Assembly: GCA_973851085.1 (NCBI GenBank) | Contig: OZ316775.1 | Span: 1,860,001 to 1,924,000 of the forward strand | DNA: 64,000 nucleotides | Origin: Ptychomitrium polyphyllum | Taxonomy: Eukaryota | Direction: 5' to 3' | Shown here: in pieces, positions 24,481-38,275 of the stretch | Position numbering within the stretch: position 1 is the first letter of the stretch | Layout: every line of letters begins with the position of its first letter | Position numbers and translations under genes: made by a program | The notes under the pieces: generated by a model | What the model saw: only the letters and a program-made list of their open reading frames with translations | Database searches by the model: none | Told to the model about the DNA's origin: nothing

Positions 24481-27400
24481 TCTCTTGAAAGGGAATTGCA
24501 TTAGAACTCATCTAAAGTTGGATGGGATTTACATCTCTCATGAGATTTGGGATAGCTACTTGATTTTTTGAAATTTTGTTTGTAAGGCATAAGAATTTCT
24601 ACCCAACATGAGAATTTTTGTTGGATCTAGAATTTTATTGTATGTTAAAAGGCTTGCTTGGAGGCTTATTTAGAGGCCAAATTTGAGGGCGTAGCAGCCC
24701 ATTTCTCTTTTCCTATCCCTTCTATTGTGAGTGTCTTTTTTGCTTTGCACCCTTTTGACACTCTAGTTGTGCATTCTAATGCAACATTCTTTTTTTTGCT
24801 GAGATTATATGATGGTGCTTTTAATAACTTCACAAAGTCAATCATTGAACTTGTCAACTTTTGAATTGAAATTCCTTATGCTTTATTATTACTTAGTTAC
24901 ATTTATTTATTGGCTTGCTTTATTAGAATTGAATTTGTGGATTTTGGTTTGAATTTAAGTTGTTTTGGAAGTATTAAAACCTTGACTCTTTGGCATTTTT
25001 GTTTATAATGAGAAGTGAAATGTGTGCTTGCATGCATTGTAGTAAGTTTGTTTGTAGTGTATTAAATAGGATTACATCAAGAAATTTTAGCAAAAAAAAG
25101 CACCATCATATAATTTTAGCAAAAAAAAAAGACTTAGAAAAATGTTTGGTAAAAGTTGTAAATGAGGTCATGTATTTGATTTGCAATTAGGGCAAGACCA
25201 ATCTTGCGATTGCCATTTGTAAACATTTATATTCTGAACATTGATACTGCAATTCTTTGGTATAATTTGTAGTAGAAAATTGTAGCATATTTTGGGTCAT
25301 GTGTCTTATTAAGATATTGTAAAAGAAAAATCCCAAACTTATGGAGTTTAATCTCAAGCTTTAAACAACAATAAAGAAGCTCCTAATGAGGATTATCATA
25401 GACTAATATTGACAAAGAAAAGAAGAAGAATTTTTTTAATGCAATAATGATTCATCTCCAAAACATTATTATCCTTAGACTGTGGTTTGCATAATAGTTG
25501 CTTGTGCTTAATGAGTTGCAAAACAACGTTAATGAATACCAAAATATGCATACAATTTTTTGAATAATTATAAAATTTATTACTTCAACTTCTATAGAAT
25601 ATGAATATTTTCTTAGCAATAATCATAAGACACCTAAAATGTATTGGATAACAATCACTTATTGCAAATAATGACACAAGAGTCAGATCATTATACAAAG
25701 TAGGAATCCAATGGACTACCAATAATTGTATCTGCTATATCATCACCATCAATACAAGTAGTATAAATGTGAGGTTTCAATGTTGGAACTTAACAACTTA
25801 TTAGCCCCATTGCATTCTGTTTTGACTCAATCAATACTCAAAGGAGCATTCCATAAGATCCAAATTTTTATGGTTCTTTAACTTCAATAAAACTTGAATC
25901 ACTTATGTTCCTTAAAATCAATTTGTCAGCCTTAAATTTTTTCTTCAATTAAAAGCATCATAGTAGGGGACTCAATTTAAGAATTGACAAGTTCAACATT
26001 TGAAGCTATGATGACATCATTATTTGATCTTAGTATTATACATTGTTGCATTAGAATGCAAATTAGAAGGTCAAATGGGTGCAAAGCAAGAAGACACTTG
26101 CAGAAAAAGAGAGATGAAAGGAAAAGCAAACTGTTAGATCCTTGCATCTGGCCTCTAAGTAAGTCATTTGCACATAATGAAACTTTACATTCAATAAAAG
26201 TTTGTGATTAAGGACAACAGACAGTTGAACAGCCACCATCAGAACCATGACAAGTACTCCTCAAGAAGTGTACTGAATCCCATGCCGGCAACCAAGTGGT
26301 GTGGATGCATTGTCACACCAAAAGGACTCAGAAAATACTCTAAAGGCTTAAGCAAGAGCAAGGATATTCAACAATCACCAAAGTCGCTTATCCTAGGATG
26401 GTTTTTGAAAATTGGCTTAAATGGCTAAAGTTGGTTTATAAGTCACGAGTAACATGAAACTTTAGTACAGTGAGTTGAAAATATTTAAAGATATTTTCTG
26501 GTCATGCATTTCTAATGTAGAACTGCTGAAGATATGCTGTAGGGAAATTCAGGCCAACTTCAAGCAAATATAGCCTTGAGGACGAGGAAGGCTTTAACAC
26601 GGTTTCAAGGAAGAGTTGGTTTTTTATTCGTGGAAGACCAAACATTAGAATTGGGGCCTTATCAGATCACATTAGAATATCATGTCAGCTTGTCAAAACG
26701 GTAGGAAGCGGCCCGAAGGTACAATATTCAAGTTTGTTTACTGCACGGTGAAGCTCCATGTGAAGGAGCTTCAAAATGAACTGCCAATGTAGAATCGAGA
26801 GAATGAGAAGGAATTGACTTTCCTAAAAATATCAACTCTCTTGTGAGTGCAGTCTATTTCGGAGTTGACGATGCTGCTTTCGTGCACTGTGCGGCATTGC
26901 TGGAGCTGCTTGAAAAGAGACACTTCCCCCTCTCGACCGCCATGCACAGCCAATCGCAAGCATCAGAAGCTTCGTCTTATCAACCCGTCAGATCATCAGT
27001 TCCTAGAAGTGCCGAGATGTCTAGATTTCTAGACAAGATTCTAGTCGTGCTCTAGAATCTTCTCACTGCATGCAAATTGCAAATAAATAGCCAGGAGCAG
27101 CAGCACTGCACTGACTGATCAGTGGTCACCAGTTGGCACAGTGTATTGTACTGCCCATTTGCCCAATTCGGCATTTTTTATGCTTTCTGCAAGGTTGACT
27201 CCATCTTCGTCCAACTGTGACCCGGCGGAGTGTTGAGTGTCTGAGTACTGTAGTATGATTGCATTTGGTTTATGCACTTACTTTTAGGCTACGTTTTGTG
27301 GGCGAGAGGACTCAGTTGAAATCTTCTTTTCTGTGAATGCCGTGGTTTGAGGTCTGAAATCTGAACTTCGGTTGGAAAAGTACCAGCTTTGTGTCCGTTT

Positions 27401-27751
27401 CTGAGAGATCGGAGGCTTGGTGGAGAAAGCCGGCTACTTGAGGAGGTTGTGTGGAAGTCAAGATCCGAGGGAGGTGCTGAGAAGTTATTGTGAAGTTGAG
27501 AGTGGGATTATTGTGTGGGAGTGGTGCATGCAATGGCCATGGTTTGGTGATGAATGAGCTTTGGAGATGACGACGTCGAGGAGGAGCTTGTGAGTGAGGT
27601 ATGGAGCAGTGAGGGGCAGGAATGAGGATTCGGAGCATCATGATGCACTCCAGAGCCAGTTGTGAGTGGCTGTGATCCACCGCTAGTGGGTTGGTTGCTC
27701 CTTGCCTGGATTTGGCGGAGGTCTGCCCACTTTCCATCGCTGGGTCACAGC

Positions 27752-30525
27752 ATGTTCCATCTCAGAACTTGTTTGAGGTGCGTGACTTTTGTTTGAGGGT
27801 TTTTGTATCAGCTCTTGCTATGTTTCACAATGCGCTTCCTTTCGATGAGCACCACTTTTGAGGCGCACATTTGTGTACCTCTCCTCGATGGAATGCGACC
27901 TCCCTGTCTGTTTCCTTTACCTTCTACTTCAACAGAGAGTCTTTTGTGATAGTTTCGCAAGGAATCTTTGGAGCGCGCTAGCAAAGTCCCCGGAGTAGAG
28001 AGAGCAGTTAGTTCATTTTCCGGTGGGTTGCGCCCTTGGCGATCCAGAGCAGGAACGATAGAGGTTTGTCTTGAACGGATTTAGATTGACCATCTTGGTA
28101 ACTTGTAGCAGAGTAGAAATGTCGTTGTGTGGTGCGTTCGTGCTAGGTGGAGTTGGCAATTTATTTCTAGGAAAATTTCGCAAGGAGATACCAATGTGAG
28201 ACCTGCTATGCTTTGATCGGCATTTTGTCCTCCTTCGATTTGCAGAAGCTGTACGGCGCCTAGTGCAATAGAATCTCCAGTAGGTCTGTGGCTGATCCGT
28301 TGCTGCATTGTTAAAAACTCGTAGAGTAGTTTTTTCTAGCTACGTTTGGCGACTCGTGCTCTTGATCCTGTGGACGGACGGCTGAGAAGTCAATCGGAGT
28401 GGAAGCCCTCCTTTCTATTTGTGCACTGACTGCGCAGAAGCGTCTTCGCAATCAATGTGAGAAGTCGGCCACTGACTTTTGCCATGTCTGGGCATCAATT
28501 GCCGTACTCCATCTAGTCATTGTGCCTGCTTGAACCCAACTTGTGGTTTTCGTTGAGCAGATATGCCGCCTGTATCTTGATTCCTCACCTTCTGTTTCAG
28601 TATCTGCGCGTCCCGCTGTGGCGCGAAACAATAACCAATGGCGCTTCTGCACAGCTTCGTGGCGAGGGAATTAATATTTTATGAGTTCAGTCCAATAGAG
28701 AATTTTCGCGATTGTAGTCTGTTTATTCGCAGTATTCGAAATTTTGTCATTTCTGAAAGTTAAAGGAGTTCACCTGGCTATGGTGCCCACTTAGCTCAAT
28801 GCTCCTGTTACTTAGATTCTCCTTCTCCTTTCTCTAGAATACTCTGCGTCCTAACTGCCTTCACTTCATCCATGTCTATTTCGTCTTCTTTCACAGTACA
28901 GTGTTGCTTGCCCTTATGAAAGTCTATGTTGTTTTCTTCAGACGACATGCGAAGAGTGGGCTGTCGAACATTTCCAGGAAAGCTGAATCGGTAAAGCCAG
29001 ACTTGTACGTGCTGCCCCGATCTTGTTCAAGCTCAAGCAAAGTTCCACTGTGGGGGAACAGGTACATTACAGCAACCTTTCTTTGGCTCTCTCCTGATGC
29101 TTTCATTGGATGACTAAAGTGCAAGGCCTGCAAGGATTGATTAGAGTTACACTTGTTGTGAAGATTGGTTGTCCGAATTTTGCTTGCACAGTGCTCCACA
29201 TATGGATATGTGTCCCTTTTCTTTTGTAGGAACCTGCGACAAGCATCCTTTATTATCCCAGATATGTTTTTTTTATAAAATCTTGCGTTGTTTTAGATGA
29301 GGTTTGCATTGTTATATCTTCAGTGTTGGTCAAGACCTCCAATTTGCTTACACTTTCGAATAGTTGGTTTCTCGACTTCTCTCTTCACAGCAGTCATTGG
29401 GAATTCTTAAGAATTCATTTTTATCAGCCTGTGCAAGAGTTGCGTGTTTGAGGAACTGCATGATAGCTCCTCCGTAGATGTCGTATCATGGTTTTGTAAC
29501 CGCCTTTCAATCTTTTTATTAGAATGCTAATTATAGTCACAGTTGAGGTAAATGTGGGTAGATGAGTCGACATTGAACAAGACCTTATTCTAATTGTACT
29601 TGGAAAGCTGTCTATTTGGTTTGTCGTCACGGTCCTTGATTGCCATGTCAAAAGTGGAGTACTTGGTTGTACGGATGAGAATCAGTGCTTGGAAGCTCAT
29701 GACAGGTTTGCAGGCAAAGTGGTGGTGGTCACCGGTGGCGCTAGTGGCATAGGGGAGGCGACAGCTCGCCTGTTCGTGGAACATGGCGCTTACGTCGTCA
29801 TCGCAGACATCAACGAGGGAGGGAGGAGGCTTTGTGAGGAGCTCGGGGAACAGGCCCAATTCGTAAGCTGTGATGTTAGATACGAACAAGATGTTGCCGC
29901 ATTAGTGGACGAAGCCATGAGCTGGAAGGGGAAGCTGGACGTCTATTACAGTAATGCAGGGTTTGTTGGCGCTTTAGGCTCCATTGAAGAACTCAAACTC
30001 GCAGACTTTGATGAAACTGTGGCCGTTAACTTGCGAGGTGCCGTTGTGGGCATAAAGCATGCAACCAGGGTGATGAAGCCTGTCAGAAGTGGAGCCATCG
30101 TGTGCACCGGGAGTACCGCCAGCGTGATGGGCGGACTAGGTCCTCACACGTACTGTGTGAGCAAGACGGCGCTCAAGGCGTTGGTTAGATCCACAGCCCT
30201 GGAGCTTCGAAGCTACGGCATTCGTGTGAATATGGTGTCACCCGATGCCACCCCCACGCCTATGTTCCAGAGGGTGCTGGAAGATACCACCGGGGAACCC
30301 TACACTCTGGAGCAGACGAAAGAGAGAATGGCGGAGAAAGCTCTATTACCAAACCGCCCACTCACTAGTGTGGATGTGGCCAACGCAGTGTTGTTTCTCT
30401 GTAGTGATGAGGCAGGATACATTAGCGGCCATAATCTTCTCCTCGATGCAGCGAGGACTGTGGGCCTGCCTGTGCCCCCTGGATATAACCACTGGTTTGC
30501 TGGGTATTCTCCAATACTGCGGTGA
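27752..30525 (+). CDS. Short-chain dehydrogenase/reductase (ABA2/secoisolariciresinol-dehydrogenase-like, SDR110C type) with a probable mitochondrial presequence, 3 exons
   Basis: Exons 27752-27777, 28942-29061 and 29706-30525, with both introns phase 2 and GT-AG. They read MFHLRTCLR|RHAKSGLSNISRK...VPLWGNR|FAGKVVVVTGGASGIG, followed by NAG, catalytic Ser (TGSTAS), YCVSK (YxxxK) and GIRVNMVSP. The catalytic exon is certain; the first two exons are inferred from phase and composition. Confidence 0.88.
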
Positions 30526-32649
30526 TTCATTTTGTGAATTTTTTGAAATATGACTCCATGCAGCCTGCATCTTGTGCTCGGTAGCCAAGAAGGTGGAAGA
30601 TTTCTGTCATCTTTCTGGATGATTAAGATTGTTTAAGACTTGAAATCCGCTTGTTGTCAACTGAGTTGTCAAATATCTGGACTGGTTAATTGGTTTTGTG
30701 TGCAAATATATACTAGCCTTCGTGAACGTTAGATTAAGTAAACTACAGTCCTTGCTTGCAATCCAACCTGGCCTAAGGGAAACATTATTAGAGTACAGGG
30801 AATATCTCAAGATGCCATCTGATTCTTCCACTAGGTCAGTATATGGGACGAGCTCTGCTGATTTCCTCGCATGATGAGCTTACGGATTGAACCTATTGAC
30901 GTTTAAGTGGTTGTGAAGAACATGGCGAATGTTGGTAGAGATTTGATGTCGTGCACCCGTTCTTCAGAAATGCGTCTCCAGAATGATATACCTGGATTAC
31001 AGTCTCACTATGGGTGTGTGTATCTGAGAGTGAATCCCAATGCATACAATGATCTTGAACCCTGTGATATTGGTAATTCACTCAATGATCTTGAACCCAT
31101 TGACAGAAACTTGAATGAATAAGTGAATCCTTAGTGCTTAAAGGTGCGACAGAAGCAGAAGCACAAGAACTGGCAGTCAGGATCGGCTTGATTGACATCA
31201 AGCCAGTTCTTGAGCTGCATTATGAAACCTGTAAATAAAGACACGAATCCAAGCCTTTGTGCGAAGGAAGGTTGTGAATGTTGGATCTTGAATCACGTTT
31301 ATGAACTACAATGCGGAAGCATGAGAACTGAACACAAAACACTATGTAGACTAGTGTGGCAATGCTGTAGGAACAAATTGTATGGAGCTGAACGATGAGC
31401 TGCAGAGTCAAGATTTGCACCAGTTTCATCCCAAGAGCCATAACTGGTGAATGAGTGAACAAAGAACTCAAAGAGTAACATAAAAGTTCCAGTGTGTAAT
31501 GTAGATTATAATCTTACAAAAAATGTCAAGCACCAAGTAAGGTTGATTTGGACTGCCTATGAATTTCAAAGTGGGAAGTCGTTTTGAAAATCATGTAAAA
31601 TTTTGATAATATTCCTTCACAACTTCAACTTCATTTTGTATGTTGTTACATGATATTTTAGACTCACCTTTAGCAACTTTGTAGAAGTTTGTCATATGTT
31701 TATATACTTTTAAAAAATTGTATATTTGATTTTTATTTTCAAAGGTGTTTGAAGGTATGGAAAATATTATATATGTTCTTTAATTGGTTATTTTATTTAA
31801 AGACTCATTTTAAAGAATACATTTTAGTTGTACTCAAACACTTAAGAAGATTCATATATAAAATACTCTTCATCTCATGTCAAAGAATTTAATTGGATCC
31901 GCTCTTCTCTACATCAACATTAGCAAGTTAAATCTTAATTTATGTAATGTAGTTTTGCTTCAAATGTACATGAATTTATATAATGCTAGAATTTTGACTA
32001 ACAATATAAAAGTCATCAAATGAAATAATTAGTGTGTTTTTTGTTTGACGCTTCCTACATGTACTTATGTTTAAAATGAAATTCTTTATAGCTTAAACTT
32101 CTTTGTTTTTCATTTGACCAATTTTAAATTTACAACATATATATGTTTTTATGTACATATTACAATCTTGAACATTTATAGTGGATATTTTTATGAAAAA
32201 TTTCCATGCTTTGTATACATGATGTATTATACCTCTATACAAAAAAATTACAAAATATAATCTTTAAAGTCTAAGAATACCATTTCTATATTTCATATTA
32301 AGCACAAGGTTAAAATGTAAAACTTTAACACTTTTTTCATTAATAAATTAGTATTTCATAACCATGAGAAAGTATATCCAACTTTAGACATGGGCAATAT
32401 ATATTAAAATATATTGAAGTGCTTATTTTAAATAAGTTATTAAAAACCACCTTATAATAAAGTGATGGAATAGAGTACTCCTATGTTATAGATGTCAAAA
32501 TTAAACATTTATTTTCATTAATTAAAAAAATTAATTCTTCTTTAAACCTCACTTCAACAATAGCTTGTAAATGCTACTATCTTTTGAATTTGTTAAACGT
32601 TGTTAAACGTTAGTAGAGGTAGGCAAACAATGTAGATTTACTCATGTTT

Positions 32650-33330
32650 GTAAAAGCTTCAGAAATAGTTTAGCATTTATCTTGAGTTGGTGAAATGGTG
32701 CAGACTCCCAAGCAGTCAATGGTATGACAATAAATTCCTCATCATCATCTGAGGCATCACTCTGGGCCATATGGACGACTTAGCATCAAGGTTGAAAATG
32801 ATTATGCAGAGTATTATCCTTAGAATAGCAGCCAGTCTCATCCATTGTGCCATTGGAAGATGCTGGGATAGATGTGCTGACCTGGGATAATAAAATTGTA
32901 TGACTCACTGCAATGAGATTTGGAACACCTCTAAGTTACTGTAGTGTTTCTGAACACTCATCATCAAGATGGGTGACTCATGTGAGTGGCACACTCTGGT
33001 TGGGCAGAACATTTGCTTTGTATATAGAATTCTACCAGCCATCCAGTAAGCCCCCTCTGAAAATCATGACTGCTAGATTAGAATGATCATTGCATGGGGA
33101 TTTCTAGTCTAAGCATTTCTAAAAAGTTCTCCAGGAGCTCTTTAATGGAATATGAATTCCCCTATCTTCAGGCATTGTATCTCAATAGTAGTTGCCATCA
33201 CTTTTGCTTGATCTATTCATCAGATAGCTCCTGAGATGGAAAAAGAAGGACAATGGCTTCAAAGGGCCATTGTGGACCAAGAGGCTTTCCTGCTACAATG
33301 GACCAAGAGCCATTCAGTTATCATACAATA
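32650..33330 (-). pseudogene. CpG-depleted relic island (decayed coding or transposon fragment)
   Basis: A GC-elevated block inside AT-rich DNA with about one CG. A minus-strand acceptor TTTTTCCATCTCAG precedes a stop-riddled frame ELSDE*IKQK*WQLLLRYNA*R*GNSYSIKELLENFLEMLRLEIP. Confidence 0.3.
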
Positions 33331-34814
33331 TGAAAATCATTCTTGTATTTCCAACAAGCTCATAGGAACAATTTAACATAATAGCTTTAGTAGTGAAAAG
33401 CTATTAGTAGGAAAAATAGAGTAATTTTACATTGATTGCATGTCATACATGTATTTTCAAGTTGATGAAAGCTAAGCAATGAATTTGACAAATTCACTCC
33501 TTAATTCAACTCCATCTAGGATTGGGTTAAATATATTTTCAAATAGAATAAATCATTAGAAGACGAAGGTAACCTAATCATGTAAGGATCTTTCAAGAAT
33601 GCCATGCTCAACTTGCATACACTGGTCGTTGAAAAATTTGGATATTAATGAGAATATGTACAAAACCGATTCGTGAAGGAGCTCAAACCAACGTGGGGCT
33701 GATATTTTGCCCCTACTGTCCACAGTACAGCAAGTTACGAGGGAAGTAAGGACGGAGATTCGTTTCTGAACCATGGAATCTTCGTCGAATCCCGTCCTCG
33801 ATCTCGTGACATGGTCGAAGAGGCTGCGGTGGCCTGAGAATGGGCTGAGGTGGATGGAGAATAGGTGGAGTTGGCAAATGGAAACCGCTGTCAGGTGCAT
33901 GGGAAGGAAGAGCGTAAGTGAAGAGGAGACGAGGGAAAGCGCGGAGTGATCGGCCGCCGCCTTCCGATTGTGGAGGAAACACGCAGGATGCGACGAAACA
34001 AGCATCTGAGGCAGAAGGAAGAGCGAAAGAGTGAAGATTACCACATCTGACCGCAGTCAGAGGCATCCGATCAAGGGGACAGAGGGCGCAGGTGGCGCAG
34101 CCAGGGAGGGAGGGAGAGCTTGGTTGCGGTTGGGAGTGCAATCACGGTTGCCTCTTGTGCTCAGCCTGGGGCCCTCCCCGGCGCAGGATTCCCTGCAGCC
34201 CTCGGGGTTGATTCCGTCGCTGCAAGTTCGCTCTCATCTCTTTGGTCGCCTGCCCGCCAGACCAGCCTCTCGTGCGCCAGTGTGATAAACATCACTCTGT
34301 TGCTCTCTTCTCTCTTCCCCCCCCCCGGCACCCCCCCCAACTTCTCTCTCTCTCGTGCTTCAACCCATCCCAAGTGGATCGTGTGAACCTACTCTGGTGG
34401 TATAGTACATACTCCTCTCGGATTCTCTCTTGAATTGCGATTGATTGCCTTTCAGCATTTACTTGCCGCCGCCTTCGCCTGAGTGCCTGGTGGGTTTCTC
34501 CCAAGGCCGTGGTTTTATGGGTTTAAGGAGTTGACTGGAGTTTGGGCGATGATTCAATTTGGAGGGGGTTGAGTGTGAGGCGCTACTTTTTCGTTTGAGT
34601 TGTTTTTGTTGCGTTTTAGAGTCTTGCATCTGACGAGAATGTTGTGTTTTTTGGTGGTGTGTAGGAATTGTGTGATTTCTTTCCTGAGGTTTTGGTGGCG
34701 GGAGGATTTTGTTGACGAGTGTTTGGAGGTGGATAGTGATGGAGTGATTCAATCAGTCACAAGAGAGTGGGGAGAAGACTGGTGTGCAGCGTGCGTGAAG
34801 AGGCAGCTGCAGGG

Positions 34815-37418
34815 ATGGCGGCAGCGCAGATGTCCAGGCTCCATGCCACCCACCCGTGCATTGTTCCGACGCAGTACAATTCGGCGACAAAGAAGGCGCG
34901 GGGTCGCCTTTCGAGAGCCCCTTGCTCTCTGTCCTCTCCCAGCAGTCTGGGCCGAGGAGCTTGGCCGAGCAGCTCGGGTGTGATCGAAAGCAGCAAGAGG
35001 TTGTGCTCGCCGATGGCAGCTACTTCCTCTGTACCTACTGCGGGTTCGGGAGACGTCGAAGACGATGGCGCGAGCAGTATGGAGTGGCTGAGTCCAACGT
35101 CCAGCAACCCCATGAAAGAATGGGTGCGAAGAGGCGATGGGCGTGAAGGTGATGCATGGAGAGAGGAGTGCGGGGTGGTGGCCATTTTCGGCGATCCAGA
35201 GGCTAGTAGGCTTTGCTACTTGTCTCTTCATGCTCTGCAACACAGAGGACAGGAAGGTGCTGGAATTGTAACAGCCAACGACAATACCTTACATGCTGTT
35301 ACAGGTAATAAAGGTTTCGCTTCGTATTCTTGATATATTTTCAACTTCAGCATCTTTCGATTCAACAGCTTTTCCGTTTGGTTTTGTTCAGTCTGTATTC
35401 ATTTAGGGTTCATCTTTTGGCGAGAACTCTTCTGATATTGTGATTTGGGCGATGGTTCAGGGATGGGACTAGTTTCAGAAGTCTTCGATCAAAGCAAACT
35501 GGAGAAACTGCCGGGTTCTTCCGCAATCGGACATGTTCGATATGCAACTGCAGGGGCCTCTGTTCTCAAGAATGTCCAGCCGTTCGTTGCTGGATATCGC
35601 TTTGGGTCATTAGCTGTTGCCCATAATGGCAACTTAGTGAATTACTCGGAGCTGAGGGCCAAGCTTGAGGAGATCGGCAGCATATTCAACACGTCGTCGG
35701 ATACAGAGGTTGTTTCGAGCATTTAGACTCATGCATATGTAGCTTTGTACTTTAACGTTTGTCGCGGTTTGGAAAATAGTTCGGAAGTGGATTTTGGTAG
35801 AGTTTTTTATGATTCAACCAAAGTGGTGCATGATCTATTTTGGTTGGAGTCGTGCATCATACTAGGATGTACTTTATAAGCGTGCACTACTGCGTGTTAG
35901 TTGTCGTTGTGATCTTGCCCCCTTTGATTGTCCATGATGTTTGGTTTACAGGTTATCCTCCACCTGATTGCCATATCCAAGAAACGACCCTTTTTGGCTC
36001 GATTGATAGATGCATGTGAGCAGCTTGAAGGTGCCTATTCTCTTGTTTTCCTTTCAGAAGACAAGGTGGTGGCAGTCCGGGATCCTCACGGTTTTCGACC
36101 TCTGGTGATGGGCCGGAAAAGTAACGGAGCTTACGTCTTTGCCTCTGAAACATGCGCGTTGGACCTTATCGAGGCTGAGTATACTCGTGAGGTGAGTAGT
36201 TTCATGAGCGTCATAAAGTAGACTGTGACGTTTCTCACACTTAATCTTAAAGGTCGATGATATTTGTATTGAAAAGACTTACTCTTGGCTATGAGAGTGA
36301 TTGATTATGTATTCAGAATATTCACTAACTTTGTTTGTGATATTTACGAAGGTTCAACCTGGAGAAATGGTGGTCATCGACAAGAACGAGGGCTACAGCT
36401 CTTCGTGTCTTATGACGAAGGTAGAGCGGAAAGCTTGCATTTTTGAGCATATTTACTTTGCTCTTCCAAATTCGGTTGTCTTCGGACGATCCGTGTACAA
36501 CTCGCGTTACGCTTATGGACGAATTTTGGCAGAGACTGCGCCCGTAGAATGTGATGTGGTGATCGCTGTACCTGATTCAGGAGTGGTGGCTGCACTAGGG
36601 TATGCCAAGCAAGCAGGTGTACCTTTTCAGCAAGGTCTGATTCGGTCACACTACGTGGGCAGAACGTTTATTGAGCCCTCCCAGAAAATCAGGGATTTTG
36701 GCGTGAAGCTGAAACTTGCACCAGTGGCACACGTATTGAAAGGCAAACGAGTTGTTGTCATAGACGATTCTATAGTCCGCGGAACTACATCCATAAAAAT
36801 TGTGCGTCTTCTTAAGGAGGCTGGAGCTACTGAAGTACACATGAGGATCGCAAGTCCCCCCATCACTGGGTCTTGCTACTATGGTGTGGATACCCCAAGT
36901 ACGGAGGAGCTTATTTCATACAGGTAATTTTCACGTTGTTTGATTTTCTGAATAATATGGATAGCAAGCCTGTTCTGCAATATCCACCTATGAGTGGGAT
37001 CACCAGTAATAGGCCTTTGGTCACATGTTCCGATTTTAGAATACCTTTGTACGAAGACAGACTTGCATAGCATCTTGCTGTAACCGGTAATTGTGGCTTT
37101 CTGAACACAAATATCTCATTTGTATTTTTGACTTGTCTGCACAGGCTCAGCGTGGAGGACACACGCAAGGTGCTCGGTGCAGATACTCTTGCGTTTTTGC
37201 CCATTGAGCGATTGCGGGGAATGCTTGGCAATGAGGCTCCAACATTTTGTGATGCCTGTTTCTCAGGCGCATATGCAGTGCCTCCTCGGGATCTGACCAA
37301 GTTCAAGGAAGAAACGTTGAAGCCCGTGCAAATTGTTGACGAAGGCTTCGAGGGCAAGATCGAGGCAACTGCGGAAGAGACAAACGCTGCCGAGGAAGAA
37401 GCTGCTGTTGTTGCTTGA
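34815..37418 (+). CDS. purF: Amidophosphoribosyltransferase (glutamine PRPP amidotransferase, plant ASE), plastid-targeted, 5 exons
   Basis: Exons 34815-35304, 35461-35708, 35952-36191, 36352-36923 and 37145-37418. The transit peptide is followed by the propeptide/Ntn site REE-CGVV, then ALQHRGQEGAGI, GHVRY, AHNGNLVN, CIFEHIYF, the PRPP motif VVVIDDSIVRGTT, and Fe-S ligands in CYYGVD and FCDACF. Confidence 0.97.
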
Positions 37419-38275
37419 TAGAAACTGGAGTAACTTGCATTGAAAGCTTGGCATGCTTTGTATCAGCTCTTGTTTGGGAGTTTGAGAAAGCAAAGGCTGT
37501 CCGTACGTAGCTTACATCCTCAGGAAAAGTCTACAGGAGCTATGGTGAAGTGCAACCTCTGACCCTGATAATTTAGGAGGGATATCATTCTTAAGAGTTG
37601 CAGGCTCTCTTAACTTATGTGTCTCCTAATCTAAGATCTGGACAATATGGCGGTGATGAGGGAGGAAACTGCTGGATAGGCAGTTCCGAGGCTAAACGTA
37701 GCACCCTGGTGCCCCTTTTTGACTCATTTTGTGGGGCAAGTGCAGATTGCAATCAAGATTGTCACCTTTCTCGGAGCAAATTAGCTGAATCGAGACTATC
37801 ATTTCAGAATCCAAATGTAATCTCCAGTTTGTCGGACTAAACATGAGAAGAAGATAACGCACACGAGTTAACATTTTGCATTGTAACAATAAATTATATC
37901 ATTGGCAATATCACGTTTGAAATAGCCATAAATTCGTCGAATTTTTTAATTTTTTAATTTTTCTAATTTTTTGTTAGTTTGGTTGGCTCTTTAACGAATG
38001 TTTATGAAAGTATAAAATCAAGTACTCAAGTTCAAGGATATGTTTTGAAAACTATTAAACAGCATTTCCTTAAAGACTATTCAATGTAATTCAACGTGAT
38101 GTGATTTTGATAAGTGATCATCTTTGTGAAGTTCTGATAATTTAGGATTTCAAATGAACATTACTTATGTACACACAAATTTTGAGGGCCTCTCACTTTA
38201 AAACTCAATGAAAATGGATAGGTACGTAATATAAATTTTAAATGCATAAAGCTGGGTAAATTAATTGAAATGCTA

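Noticed and set aside
29689..29705. ORF-track start of the SDR at 29689
   Set aside because: It is a TTG start lying in intron sequence before the acceptor at 29704-29705.
30907..31122. 71-aa ORF with a repeated NDLEP motif
   Set aside because: It arises from a 16-bp direct repeat (CAATGATCTTGAACCC) downstream of the SDR, has a non-ATG start and shows no evident homology.
33574..35243. Several 140-165 aa ORFs around the purF 5' end
   Set aside because: They are antisense or promoter/UTR ORFs in GC-rich DNA with no recognisable motifs.
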